From the sequence record OR327750.1: DNA of 64,000 nucleotides. One strand, given 5' to 3'. Position numbers and translations under genes: made by a program. Each line of letters begins with the position of its first letter. Positions within the stretch are counted from its first letter, which is position 1. Of this stretch, positions 49,444-59,992 are shown piece by piece. Under the pieces are notes generated by a model. The model did no database searches, was not told the origin of the DNA, and saw only the letters and a program-made list of their open reading frames with translations. The DNA comes from Escherichia phage KK4.

Positions 49444-50903
49444 AAACCAGTTACCTCATGAAAATCACCAAATACATCCTCGAATGTATTAGCTTTAGTT
49501 TTATCTTCACGTAAACGAATCGCAATCGGAAGAAATAATTTAACGTAATCAGTGCGGCCATCAGATTTTAACCAACCGTTGCATTCGCACTCTAGAATTT
49601 TTCCAATATAATAATTTTGGTTTTCCATAATGCGAGTACGGTCAAGTTCATGCGATTTTACACCGGCTTTATCTTTTAAGCCTGAACCAGCATTTACCTT
49701 AATTTTTCCACACTCTGATTCAAGAATAAATCCACCCGCTTTAGTAGGGTCTTTACGGTGAGGATAAATTCCTACAATTTTTAAATCAACATCAATTACT
49801 TCTTTAAATTTATAGAGATTTTTTGAACGAGCATTTTCCCACAATCCATCGGTATTTTTGAGAATAATACCTTCAAGACCTTGGTCAATATACTTTTTAT
49901 AAATTACCTTAGCTTCATCTAGGTTATTTACTACCTGGTTTTCAATTAAAATTACTTTATCATAACCTGATGTCATTTGTTCTAGTTTAGAAAAACGTAC
50001 ATCATATTTCAAACGAAATGCAGGAAGACCGTATATTTCTACCAACGGGACATAATCCCAGACCTGAAACTTCATGCATTGAGCTTCTTTTTCAGAAATG
50101 GTTCCCTTTAAAGATTTATTGGCGATGCCATTAGATGCAGTACGTGATTCAGCTACTTCGGCGAATTCTTTAGCTTTACTAATTTCAGGATAAGCATCAA
50201 AAAGAAAATCTAGGCCTTCTGGCTCCTTTTCAACTTGCTCATGGTATACCAATTCGCCATCAATTAACACACCTTCTGGATGAATCTGGCGAGCTTCTGC
50301 AGTCATTTTGATTAACTCTTCCTTAAGAAGATCTAATCCTAGATATTCATTACCAGCTCGTGATAAAAGACGAACATCATCTAATTCATCACCTCTGACT
50401 TCAGCAAAACACCGAGCTCCATCAGCTTTTAACTGGGCAAAGGCTGGAAATTTGATATTCTTATTAATGCCTTTTTCATCATAAGAACTTGCAAGCATTT
50501 GAGGTTGTTCAGGAATTAAACCTGGCCAAACTTTGTTTGCAATAGATACTGAAGCACCGCATTCAAGGTCTCGCATCATCACCCGACGCAAAACTTCAAC
50601 ATCATCTTTTTTACCGTCAGTAATATATCCAGTTAATTCCTCAATTGCCGCATTTCCAGTCAATTTCCGAGTAGCTAACGTGAATTCAATGAAGTCAAGC
50701 ATATCGGTAAGAGTCAACATTCCAAAACTCTGGGTAGCAATACCCGGTTTAGGCCATTTCTTGATATAATACTGTAACCCACGAGAATAAGTCAGACGAT
50801 ATACTCGTTTAAGCAATTCATTATCTTTATTCTTTTCAAGAATTGCTTGCTTCTGCTTAGTTGAACCAATAGATGCTATTTCGTTCAGAATTTTAATAAT
50901 CAT
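49440..50903 (-). CDS. 30: ATP-dependent DNA ligase gp30
   Basis: 487 aa, same as T4 DNA ligase; adenylation motif KADGAR. Confidence 0.95.
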   Translation of the reverse strand: MIIKILNEIASIGSTKQKQAILEKNKDNELLKRVYRLTYSRGLQYYIKKWPKPGIATQSFGMLTLTDMLDFIEFTLATRKLTGNAAIEELTGYITDGKKDDVEVLRRVMMRDLECGASVSIANKVWPGLIPEQPQMLASSYDEKGINKNIKFPAFAQLKADGARCFAEVRGDELDDVRLLSRAGNEYLGLDLLKEELIKMTAEARQIHPEGVLIDGELVYHEQVEKEPEGLDFLFDAYPEISKAKEFAEVAESRTASNGIANKSLKGTISEKEAQCMKFQVWDYVPLVEIYGLPAFRLKYDVRFSKLEQMTSGYDKVILIENQVVNNLDEAKVIYKKYIDQGLEGIILKNTDGLWENARSKNLYKFKEVIDVDLKIVGIYPHRKDPTKAGGFILESECGKIKVNAGSGLKDKAGVKSHELDRTRIMENQNYYIGKILECECNGWLKSDGRTDYVKLFLPIAIRLREDKTKANTFEDVFGDFHEVTGL

Positions 50904-51169
50904 TGTTCATCCTTTAGAGTTTGGTTTACAGCTCTATTATAAATCAATTCATCATTAAGCTCAGTCAAAGACCTGCGGTACGTGGTTCTAACTTTATTTC
51001 CTTGCATCCAGTGCTTGACGTAAATGAAACCTTGCTCTACACATTTTTTAAAAATTCGTTCGTCTTTTTGAGCTCGGAATTCTGGATTGCATCTAAAAAA
51101 TTGATTTACGTGACCGTAATCACGTGTAGTATTACCTTCATTTTCATAAATAGTATGAACAACAAACAT
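50900..51169 (-). CDS. hypothetical protein (30.1-like position)
   Basis: 89 aa ORF with ATG start, overlapping neighbours by 1-4 nt. Confidence 0.55.
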   Translation of the reverse strand: MFVVHTIYENEGNTTRDYGHVNQFFRCNPEFRAQKDERIFKKCVEQGFIYVKHWMQGNKVRTTYRRSLTELNDELIYNRAVNQTLKDEQ

Positions 51170-52008
51170 TAGAATGCTCCTTGGAAAATATTATCACCAC
51201 TAGTAGGTCTATTATACAAATACTCTATGCCACCAGGTTTAATATAGTTCCATGTCTGAAACGGATGTGTCTGATATGGATGATATAGATGATTATAAGG
51301 ATTAAATCCAGGAGTTCTCCAGGTAGTGTTCCAAGGAAAAGAATCGTTTTTGATCATCTTCTCAATTACATCTTTTATAGCTTTTTCACTATCAAAACTT
51401 TCTTTATTTTCCTTTGGTGAAAAAAGCTTATTTTCTACATCATTCCATGTATAAACTCGCTGTGCAGTTTTTGGAATATTGTCACGCTCTCCTCGAGCCA
51501 TCCAATAAACAGGAACATTTAATATTTCACTCGCGTGATCGCAGTGGTGAGCGAGATCGTCAATATAACAAATTACGTTATATTTCTCTTTTGCCTTTTT
51601 GAACAACTCTTCTTTTGAAGAATCATGACCACACATCAATACTTCTGAGAAGGCACCAGGAAAAAGAGCATTCAAATTAAATTGACGATTCAGCAGAGCG
51701 TCAATAGAATCACCCAATGCTGTAACAGCTACAAAATTATAATCTTCTTTTAATTTGTTAATTACACACAGGGCATCTTTATATGGAGACAAGTAACGAA
51801 TAAAATCTGAACGATTGTATTTTTCAATTAACTTGACGCCAAGTTCTTCATCACAATTAAAGAGTTTACCAGGAGAAATAAATTTCTCATCTTGGATCAT
51901 TTTTAAAATATGTTCTAACGGAAGATTATATTTCTGAGCAAAATAAGGAAGGCCTGATTGCCAGCTTAAACATACTCCATCAATATCAGTTAAAATAGTA
52001 GGCTTCAT
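51169..52008 (-). CDS. HAD-superfamily hydrolase-like protein (30.2-like position)
   Basis: 279 aa; N-terminal motif ILTDIDGV (HAD motif I DxDG) and downstream YIDDLAHH. Confidence 0.6.
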   Translation of the reverse strand: MKPTILTDIDGVCLSWQSGLPYFAQKYNLPLEHILKMIQDEKFISPGKLFNCDEELGVKLIEKYNRSDFIRYLSPYKDALCVINKLKEDYNFVAVTALGDSIDALLNRQFNLNALFPGAFSEVLMCGHDSSKEELFKKAKEKYNVICYIDDLAHHCDHASEILNVPVYWMARGERDNIPKTAQRVYTWNDVENKLFSPKENKESFDSEKAIKDVIEKMIKNDSFPWNTTWRTPGFNPYNHLYHPYQTHPFQTWNYIKPGGIEYLYNRPTSGDNIFQGAF

Positions 52009-52463
52009 AGAGAGTCTCTTAATAGGTTTAACACATCAATAAATTCAGCTTCGGTTAATATTGTATCATCTTTTGTTAGACCACTAGCCATGCTGTGCTT
52101 CAAAACTTTTCCTTTCGAGGCGTGTAATGCATCACGAAAGCCCTTGTTTTGGATCGCTGCTTCAAAATATGCATTTGTGTATAATTCTTTCCATGCTGGG
52201 GAGTATCTTGAAAACGGAACTCCAAGCCAGAAGAGGGTCCCACGGTCCTGAGCTCTAGCATAAGACCTTCCAGCTTGTTGGGCGGCAAGCCCGGATAACC
52301 CAAATATACGACGTTGTTGTTCAGCATTTTTCACCTTGCATCCTTGGAGGAATCCTTCAAGACCTCCGAATTGAATACCATCCATGACGAAAGGCCATTG
52401 GGCGAAATTACTTAATGCACACGATGGCCATCTAAAATTGCTTCTAATCTCTAACTCAGACAT
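52005..52463 (-). CDS. NADAR / YbiA-like (DUF1768) domain protein (30.3-like position)
   Basis: ORF-track start 52469 is TTG; ATG at 52463; motif LSNFAQWPFVMDG resembles E. coli YbiA FSNFAAWPIKVDG. Confidence 0.65.
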   Translation of the reverse strand: MSELEIRSNFRWPSCALSNFAQWPFVMDGIQFGGLEGFLQGCKVKNAEQQRRIFGLSGLAAQQAGRSYARAQDRGTLFWLGVPFSRYSPAWKELYTNAYFEAAIQNKGFRDALHASKGKVLKHSMASGLTKDDTILTEAEFIDVLNLLRDSL

Positions 52464-52662
52464 TTTCAATACTTATAATTTCAACATCAGCCCAATGACC
52501 ATAGCAAGGAAGACGAAATTCAACTGGCCAGTTAGGGTCCTTTTCTAATATAATAGACTTAACTTGTGGTTCTTCATGTTCATCAGTATATGGATTTTTA
52601 TCTGTTACTTTATATGTGACCTTAATGTACTGAATTCCAAAAATCTTATTAATTATATTCAT
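52456..52662 (-). CDS. hypothetical protein, 68 aa
   Basis: ATG start; part of tightly overlapping early-gene array. Confidence 0.45.
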   Translation of the reverse strand: MNIINKIFGIQYIKVTYKVTDKNPYTDEHEEPQVKSIILEKDPNWPVEFRLPCYGHWADVEIISIENV

Positions 52663-52856
52663 ACTAATTCCTTTAATCCGTAGATAGGAGATAATTCATC
52701 GCCCATACGAAGGTCTTCATTTCCATCTACCCAAGAAACAATATAAGCCTCTTTTATTTGAATACCACTCCATTTAAACGGAGGTAGAACCTTAGAAATT
52801 AATCCAGGTATACCAACTCCCTTTAATTCAACAGTTTGACCTAAAAAGAATTTCAT
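52659..52856 (-). CDS. hypothetical protein, 65 aa
   Basis: ATG start; part of tightly overlapping early-gene array. Confidence 0.45.
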   Translation of the reverse strand: MKFFLGQTVELKGVGIPGLISKVLPPFKWSGIQIKEAYIVSWVDGNEDLRMGDELSPIYGLKELV

Positions 52857-53143
52857 TAAAACCTCATCTGAAAACCGTGCGATTTAACATTACCGCCATT
52901 AATATCAGAACTATTAATTTCACGTGCAATTGAGGGATCAATGTCAATTTCGCGATTGAGTTTAGTGATAGCTAAAGTATCGCGCCCATTTACAGTACGG
53001 AACTCTAAAGGGCAGACTACATTAACGTAGTTTTTAATCGATTCGCTAGTAGGCTGCAAATGTGCAGGAAGGTCTTTAGGCGCCTTTGAGAAAACTACTT
53101 CGCAGAAGTTTTTACGAGTATCAAAATAAGTGGTCATAAACAT
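52856..53143 (-). CDS. hypothetical protein, 95 aa
   Basis: ATG start preceded by GAGGA; downstream of a long intercistronic hairpin. Confidence 0.5.
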   Translation of the reverse strand: MFMTTYFDTRKNFCEVVFSKAPKDLPAHLQPTSESIKNYVNVVCPLEFRTVNGRDTLAITKLNREIDIDPSIAREINSSDINGGNVKSHGFQMRF

Positions 53144-53155
53144 AATAATTTCCTC

Positions 53156-53179
53156 AATGAGGGGCTGAAGCCCCTCATT
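53156..53179. other. long intercistronic hairpin
   Basis: AATGAGGGGC-TGAA-GCCCCTCATT perfect 10-bp stem between two minus-strand ORFs, adjacent to the downstream Shine-Dalgarno. Confidence 0.5.
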
Positions 53180-53184
53180 TTATT

Positions 53185-53550
53185 TTAAATATCAAATTCG
53201 TTAAGAACTACATCAAAGATTGCTTCAAGATGCTCAGGTTTAGCTCTGTTACTCAGAATATGACGAATCCAAGTTTTAACTAAGAGTTTACGATTAGCAC
53301 CATTCCAGCAAGGATGAGTCCCTAAATCGCGTTGACGGAAATCATCATCCAGAGCGATTTTAAAGTTGGAACCTTCCATTGTGATTGAAACCGTGATGCC
53401 ATTTTCAAATCGCATATAAACGTAGTTAGGAGTCATATACTGTTCAATTTCGCATACTGATCCATTTTGATGTTTCCAAAGGCAGATGGTATCAATAGAA
53501 CCTGCAATACCACTAGAAACATATTTACGTTCAAAGTTAATGTAGTTCAT
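53185..53550 (-). CDS. hypothetical protein, 121 aa
   Basis: ORF-track start 53562 is TTG; ATG at 53550 preceded by GGAG. Confidence 0.5.
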   Translation of the reverse strand: MNYINFERKYVSSGIAGSIDTICLWKHQNGSVCEIEQYMTPNYVYMRFENGITVSITMEGSNFKIALDDDFRQRDLGTHPCWNGANRKLLVKTWIRHILSNRAKPEHLEAIFDVVLNEFDI

Positions 53551-53617
53551 TTTATTCTCCAAGATGTTTAATTGCGGTACAGGTATATAATATCATGTCC
53601 TGTACCAAAGTAAACAA

Positions 53618-53950
53618 TTATTTTACTACTTTCCAATGCTGCATGTCAAGTTTACCAACTTTTTTCATCTTCTCAATTAAGCGTTCAGCACGTTGGCGAG
53701 CTGTAACATAATGCCATTCGCCTAATTCATTTTGTTCAATTTTTCCAACGATTACTGTATTCAATTCATAAATCCAACCAGTAAAGAAATTATGAACTTG
53801 AATTGTAAAGGTGAAATCTGTTCCCATACCTTCTGTTGTTTCTACTTCAATAATATCACCTTCAACTGCCATTAAGAACCACATAGTTTCATTATATTTA
53901 CCATTGAAGCATTTAGTTTTAACTGTAGCGTTCAGATTAATCGTTTTCAT
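53618..53950 (-). CDS. hypothetical protein, 110 aa
   Basis: ATG start. Confidence 0.5.
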   Translation of the reverse strand: MKTINLNATVKTKCFNGKYNETMWFLMAVEGDIIEVETTEGMGTDFTFTIQVHNFFTGWIYELNTVIVGKIEQNELGEWHYVTARQRAERLIEKMKKVGKLDMQHWKVVK

Positions 53951-54024
53951 TTTATTCTCCTTTGTTTGTGTAAGATAATACTATCACAAAGGAACCGTAC
54001 TGTAAACAACTTTGTGCAATCTTT

Positions 54025-54056
54025 GGAAAATAAAAAAGGACTCCCGAAGGAGTCCT
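54025..54056 (-). terminator. rho-independent terminator on the minus strand
   Basis: AGGACTCC-CGAA-GGAGTCCT perfect 8-bp stem; on the minus strand followed by TTTTTTATTTTCC. Confidence 0.65.
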
Positions 54057-54060
54057 CAAC

Positions 54061-54279
54061 TTATGCTTTCTGCTTACCAAAACGAGAAGCATCATCTCGA
54101 AGAACCGCACGTGCTCGACGCATGATCTTCTCAACAGTTTGATTGATACGAGAGTTCGACCCACGCTTGTAGCCAGCGCGTTTAGAATCACCAACTTTCT
54201 TTTCAACTGCTTTCTTTGCTTTAGCTTGTTTTGCCATTATAAATTCTCTTTTAAATGAAAATGCAGGACTTATTGGCAT
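54061..54279 (-). CDS. small basic Lys/Arg-rich protein (30.8/30.9-like position)
   Basis: 72 aa by ORF track; an internal ATG at 54237 would give 58 aa starting MAKQAKAKKAVEKK; true start uncertain. Confidence 0.45.
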   Translation of the reverse strand: MPISPAFSFKREFIMAKQAKAKKAVEKKVGDSKRAGYKRGSNSRINQTVEKIMRRARAVLRDDASRFGKQKA

Positions 54280-54506
54280 TGCCTGCGCAAGCCCTCAAGG
54301 GGAACATAGGTTTTGAATATTTACCGACAGGATAACCATAAACCCGTCATCATACCACCAAGACTTACACAGATAACACTTTTCTGACGCATGATAGTAA
54401 CATTCAAGAGGTACACCGTAAAACTATAATGATTCGCAAATCATTAATCAGACAGTTCGACGGCTCCTCGATTTAGCTCACACTAAGGCAGTGAATCTCC
54501 AATAAA

Positions 54507-54755
54507 TTACTTCAATGTTACCACAAAGTGACGAACTGCTTTTCGTGCAGCAGAAGCCAGAGGCTTAGCATATTTAAGTTCATCTTTTTCCTGAAGCTCA
54601 GCAGCTAATGCAGTTTGAGCAGGATTCAGATGTTTGAAATAACGCAGGATTTCAAGAGCTTCGGCTTCAACATCAATAGATGCGCCATAGTTTTCGTGAC
54701 CATTATTCCATGCGTTTCGTTGCAGTTCAAGAGCGTGTTGTAATTGTTTAATCAT
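54507..54755 (-). CDS. rIII: lysis-inhibition accessory protein RIII
   Basis: 82 aa, same as T4 RIII; position just downstream of gene 31 on the minus strand. Confidence 0.8.
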   Translation of the reverse strand: MIKQLQHALELQRNAWNNGHENYGASIDVEAEALEILRYFKHLNPAQTALAAELQEKDELKYAKPLASAARKAVRHFVVTLK

Positions 54756-54902
54756 TTAAAAATTCTCGTTAGAGATTAAAACTCGGTAGTCACGTTCTTC
54801 TGAATTTCATCTTCTTTCGACAGATCTCTCAGTTGTAGACTACCACGTAGAATTGTTCGGTTAACTTATTATTCCGACACCCAATTCATATTATTATTTA
54901 TA

Positions 54903-55238
54903 TCACTTATAAAGACACGGAATAGCTTTATAGTGACAAGTAACGAATTTTTGTTTAATTTCTTTTGGCTGCTTAAGACCCAAAGCTACAAAAGGATGCG
55001 GAACATTTCGAATTTGACCAACTGGAAGAGAAGTCAAATCACCAACTTCGCAGAAACCTTCAGGAACATCAGGACCGACAGAGTGAACTACACACAGTTC
55101 AGGAACTTCACCTTGGACACGTTTACCAATAATAAGTCCTGATTCTGTAACTTCTTCATCACCAGCTTGTGCAGGTTCAGAAACTAAAATAACATATTCA
55201 CCGACAGCACGAATTGGTAGCTGTTGTACTTCAGACAT
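54903..55238 (-). CDS. 31: head assembly co-chaperonin gp31 (GroES analogue)
   Basis: 111 aa, same as T4 gp31. Confidence 0.9.
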
Positions 55239-55294
55239 CGTTTTTCCTTTTTGTTAACAGATGAATTAATAATAACAAATAATTCTTAAAGCAT

Positions 55295-55603
55295 TTATTT
55301 ACCAATAAATTGGAGTAAATGCTCAACTTTCATACCATTAACAGAAATCAATTTGTCAATAGAAAAACCTCGCCATGCACCAAGTTCAACATCAAATACT
55401 GGAATCATGCCAGTAGATTCTTTCCGAGTAGATTCAGTCAATTTACCGGTTTGCATGGTTGGCATAAAGTCTGCATCACGAGTACCTTTCATAACACGAA
55501 TAGTACCATCAGACTTTTCAAAAACTACGTTTGAAACACCCATGGACAATTTAGTTTTCAAAATTTCGCGAATTGCTACTTTTTGTTCAGTCGTCAGTTT
55601 CAT
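55295..55603 (-). CDS. hypothetical protein (31.1-like position)
   Basis: 102 aa ORF with ATG start. Confidence 0.55.
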   Translation of the reverse strand: MKLTTEQKVAIREILKTKLSMGVSNVVFEKSDGTIRVMKGTRDADFMPTMQTGKLTESTRKESTGMIPVFDVELGAWRGFSIDKLISVNGMKVEHLLQFIGK

Positions 55604-55840
55604 TTATTTACCTATTACAGTTTTAATATGAGTTGTTCCACGTTCTTTAAGAGTGGAAAGTAATTTTTGGCATTTTTCTAAATCAGATTTCCAACTATAT
55701 GGTCTATCATTACAAACCCAATTTGTCTTATAATACTGTTTCCATTTAGAGAAAAAATATTTCTTATACTCTACAGCAAATGAGATGTTCTCGTTAGAAT
55801 AAGAACTAATTGCTGTGAGCTTTACCAAACGAAATTTCAT
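55604..55840 (-). CDS. hypothetical protein (31.2-like position)
   Basis: 78 aa ORF; start overlaps cd stop. Confidence 0.5.
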   Translation of the reverse strand: MKFRLVKLTAISSYSNENISFAVEYKKYFFSKWKQYYKTNWVCNDRPYSWKSDLEKCQKLLSTLKERGTTHIKTVIGK

Positions 55841-56421
55841 TATTCACCACAGAATTCGTTGATATTTTCCCAGTTTAACTTATTCAAGTTTTTCTTAGGA
55901 ACATTAAACACTTCAATACCTGCATTTCGCAGAATATCATCCCAGCCAGGTTTATTTTTATCATATGTTTCGCAATAAACCAGCTTTTTAATTCCAGATT
56001 GAGCTATCGCTTTTGCGCAATCTGGACATGGAGAAAGTGTTACATACATAGTAGCACCTTCAATAGAAGAACCATTTCGCGCAGCAAACAAAATTGCATT
56101 TAGTTCAGCATGAATTTCATTTTTAGATGACCATTCCGAGTGAGCACTACGATGTTCTTTCGCCAAGACAAAACGATCAATTGAACCAAATGATACGCAT
56201 TCAGGCTTATGACCTTGAATGATAGTATGTTTAGGCTTATTCAACAACCAACCTTGCTCAGCAGCATAATCACAACAGTTCACACCCCCTGCCGGAGAAC
56301 CATTATATCCAGTAGAAATAATACGTCCATTCTTTTCAATTACTGCTCCTACCTTCCAGGAGCAACATTTTGATTCCTGCGATACTAAATATGCAATTTG
56401 AAGTACTGTACTCGCTTTCAT
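55840..56421 (-). CDS. cd: dCMP deaminase (Cd)
   Basis: 193 aa; zinc-binding HAE ... PCPDC motifs of cytidine/dCMP deaminases; same length as T4 Cd. Confidence 0.9.
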   Translation of the reverse strand: MKASTVLQIAYLVSQESKCCSWKVGAVIEKNGRIISTGYNGSPAGGVNCCDYAAEQGWLLNKPKHTIIQGHKPECVSFGSIDRFVLAKEHRSAHSEWSSKNEIHAELNAILFAARNGSSIEGATMYVTLSPCPDCAKAIAQSGIKKLVYCETYDKNKPGWDDILRNAGIEVFNVPKKNLNKLNWENINEFCGE

Positions 56422-56756
56422 TTCATAATCACCAGATAAGCAGATTTAGCGGTTTCAACGCGATAAATTTCGTGACGAAGTTTAGTTATACTTTTAACAA
56501 CAGAAGTAATTATATTCAGCCCATCTTTAAAGCGGTTTTTCTTATCAATAAAAACTGCGCCAGTCATCTTTTTGTGAAGCTCAACTGGATACTTCGTCAC
56601 AATAATAGCATCATACACAGAAGGATGAATACTATTCACCAGAGTATCATTCATTAAAGTTATTCTAATGAACTTTGCTGTTTCAGAGTCAAGCGCTCTA
56701 TGATCGCCAGTATCATTTTCAAGACAATTATCAATTATATCAGTTAAATTCATCAT
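56418..56756 (-). CDS. hypothetical protein, 112 aa (cd.x array)
   Basis: ATG start, 4-nt overlap with cd. Confidence 0.5.
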   Translation of the reverse strand: MMNLTDIIDNCLENDTGDHRALDSETAKFIRITLMNDTLVNSIHPSVYDAIIVTKYPVELHKKMTGAVFIDKKNRFKDGLNIITSVVKSITKLRHEIYRVETAKSAYLVIMK

Positions 56757-56992
56757 AGTACGCCATACACCCTTTGTGCTTCAACTAATCCATCAAAATC
56801 CAGTTTAAGATGCGATATTTGATCGCCATCACCTGGATTCACAATTACTAATACTGAACGAGGAGTTTCGGTAATAACACGAACCGATGTTTCAGGAAAT
56901 CGTTCAGAAACCCTATTTACTAATTCCTGCGCAAATAGTTTAACTTTTTCTTGGAATTCTTTAACAGTAATTGGTTTTTCACTTAGTAGCAT
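56753..56992 (-). CDS. hypothetical protein, 79 aa (cd.x array)
   Basis: ATG start. Confidence 0.45.
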   Translation of the reverse strand: MLLSEKPITVKEFQEKVKLFAQELVNRVSERFPETSVRVITETPRSVLVIVNPGDGDQISHLKLDFDGLVEAQRVYGVL

Positions 56993-57513
56993 GTTGATCC
57001 CAGCTCCTTACTTTCAACGTTTTTAACTAATTTGACAGAAACTAATTCAGCATCTTGAGTAATCATTACCGGACCTTCTTCATACTCTTCAAGATATTCT
57101 AGAGCTTTCTTTTTAGCTTCTTCCTTCGTATCAGTTTGAGCATAGATATAAAACATACAACCAGTAATACCTACTACTTTCCACTTAATTTCTTTATCAG
57201 TTTTAATTTCAAATTTACTGACGGAATCATCTTTTTGAACTTCTTCGAAAAAAGAATATTCTAACATATAAGCAATTGAAAATAGCGGGCTAACTTTATA
57301 GGATTCTCCCATTACATCAACAGCTTTATACCAACAGTCATCAATTTCGCGTTTAATGCTAATAACATTTTTCGCAGGATCTATTTTTACTTTAAATGAA
57401 TTTTCCCCAATAAACTGGGCAATTCGTTTATTAGCCCCGCAAGTTTCATTAAAAATATCTTTATATCCAGTTTTAAAGCGATAAACCTTATCTTCTTCAA
57501 ACCATTCGCTCAT
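56983..57513 (-). CDS. hypothetical protein, 176 aa (cd.x array)
   Basis: ATG start. Confidence 0.5.
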   Translation of the reverse strand: MSEWFEEDKVYRFKTGYKDIFNETCGANKRIAQFIGENSFKVKIDPAKNVISIKREIDDCWYKAVDVMGESYKVSPLFSIAYMLEYSFFEEVQKDDSVSKFEIKTDKEIKWKVVGITGCMFYIYAQTDTKEEAKKKALEYLEEYEEGPVMITQDAELVSVKLVKNVESKELGSTCY

Positions 57514-57575
57514 TTCAATTTCCTCATTTGTTTTGGTAGAGCTATAATATCACAACTCTACTGTAAAGTAAACCA

Positions 57576-57851
57576 TTAAATCGCTTTGAATTCCGCAGTT
57601 TGAGATTCAAAGCGAATGTCGCCTTTGATAACTAGCTCAGCATCAAGACCGAATACAACAATGATATGCGCGGAACCTGGATACAGTGTAATGGCAATAG
57701 AATCCACCTGGTCTGGAAGCAGAGTGTTCAATACATGAGTCACCTGAGCGTGGATTCGAAGCTCAGCTGCGTTATCAAGTTTTTCAAACATATTATTAGC
57801 GATAATTTGGCTAAACACTACTTCTACGATTTTAGAGTAAGTCGGAAACAT
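57576..57851 (-). CDS. hypothetical protein, 91 aa (cd.x array)
   Basis: ORF-track start 57881 is TTG; ATG at 57851 has GAGGT 4 nt upstream. Confidence 0.45.
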   Translation of the reverse strand: MFPTYSKIVEVVFSQIIANNMFEKLDNAAELRIHAQVTHVLNTLLPDQVDSIAITLYPGSAHIIVVFGLDAELVIKGDIRFESQTAEFKAI

Positions 57852-57853
57852 AT

Positions 57854-58046
57854 TTACCTCACATAATTTTCTTCGAGCCAATCAATAACATCCAAAGCGT
57901 TATCAAAAGTTTCGCCATCTACTTTGTCTTCTGTTTCATAATCAAGAACATCTAGGCCTACTCTTCCGTCAACAATAGGCCATAGACAAAATAGATATTT
58001 CTTTTCTTTTTCAATTTTATCACAAAGACGATAAATCTTTTCTAGG

Positions 58047-58054
<8 letters not shown>
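57854..58054 (-). CDS. hypothetical protein, 66 aa
   Basis: ATG start. Confidence 0.4.
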
Positions 58055-59465
<1,411 letters not shown>

Positions 59466-59469
<4 letters not shown>

Positions 59470-59696
59470 TTATTTTTCTCAACCAATGATTGAATATAAT
59501 CATGCAGGTCTTTAGATGCTTTGCCCCACTTATTTTGGTATTCATTTTTAAGATTAGCACGTGATTGAGCTAATAAAACATCATTAGTTGGAGGTAAAGA
59601 TTCTAATCGCTGAATCTGGCGTCCATAAATCATTGCAGCCATCTCGGATTCATAAATCAATCCTTTGAGATGTTCAAATTGATGCCATGAAATCAT
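59466..59696 (-). CDS. hypothetical protein, 76 aa
   Basis: ATG start. Confidence 0.45.
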
Positions 59697-59992
59697 TTAC
59701 ATTTATCCTCTTTTAACTCTTGACGATAATAACATATCATAGTTTTCTGGTCGTGTACATATCGTTTTACATCATTAAGCCAAATACGAAATTCCTGAGA
59801 ATCTTCAAATGGCATACCGACCCAAGCTTTACCATCGATAACTTTAACTTGCCAAGATAGTTTAGCTTCATCATATGACTTTATTTGTACAGGCCAATTA
59901 GGATGAACTGTTTCTTTCTTTACTTCTAGAGGCTTTGTAGAACAACCAACTAGAAGACCAATAGATAATATTATTGCTGATAGTTTAATCAT
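59693..59992 (-). CDS. outer-membrane spanin (o-spanin) lipoprotein, Rz1 equivalent
   Basis: 99 aa; lipoprotein signal peptide with lipobox MIKLSAIILSIGLLVGC followed by a Ser; immediately downstream of the i-spanin. Confidence 0.65.
   Translation of the reverse strand: MIKLSAIILSIGLLVGCSTKPLEVKKETVHPNWPVQIKSYDEAKLSWQVKVIDGKAWVGMPFEDSQEFRIWLNDVKRYVHDQKTMICYYRQELKEDKCK

Noticed and set aside
53952-54206. 84-aa minus-strand ORF overlapping the small basic-protein gene and a terminator
   Set aside because: Alternative frame that runs through the strong terminator hairpin at 54037-54056; the basic-protein frame is the better-supported reading.
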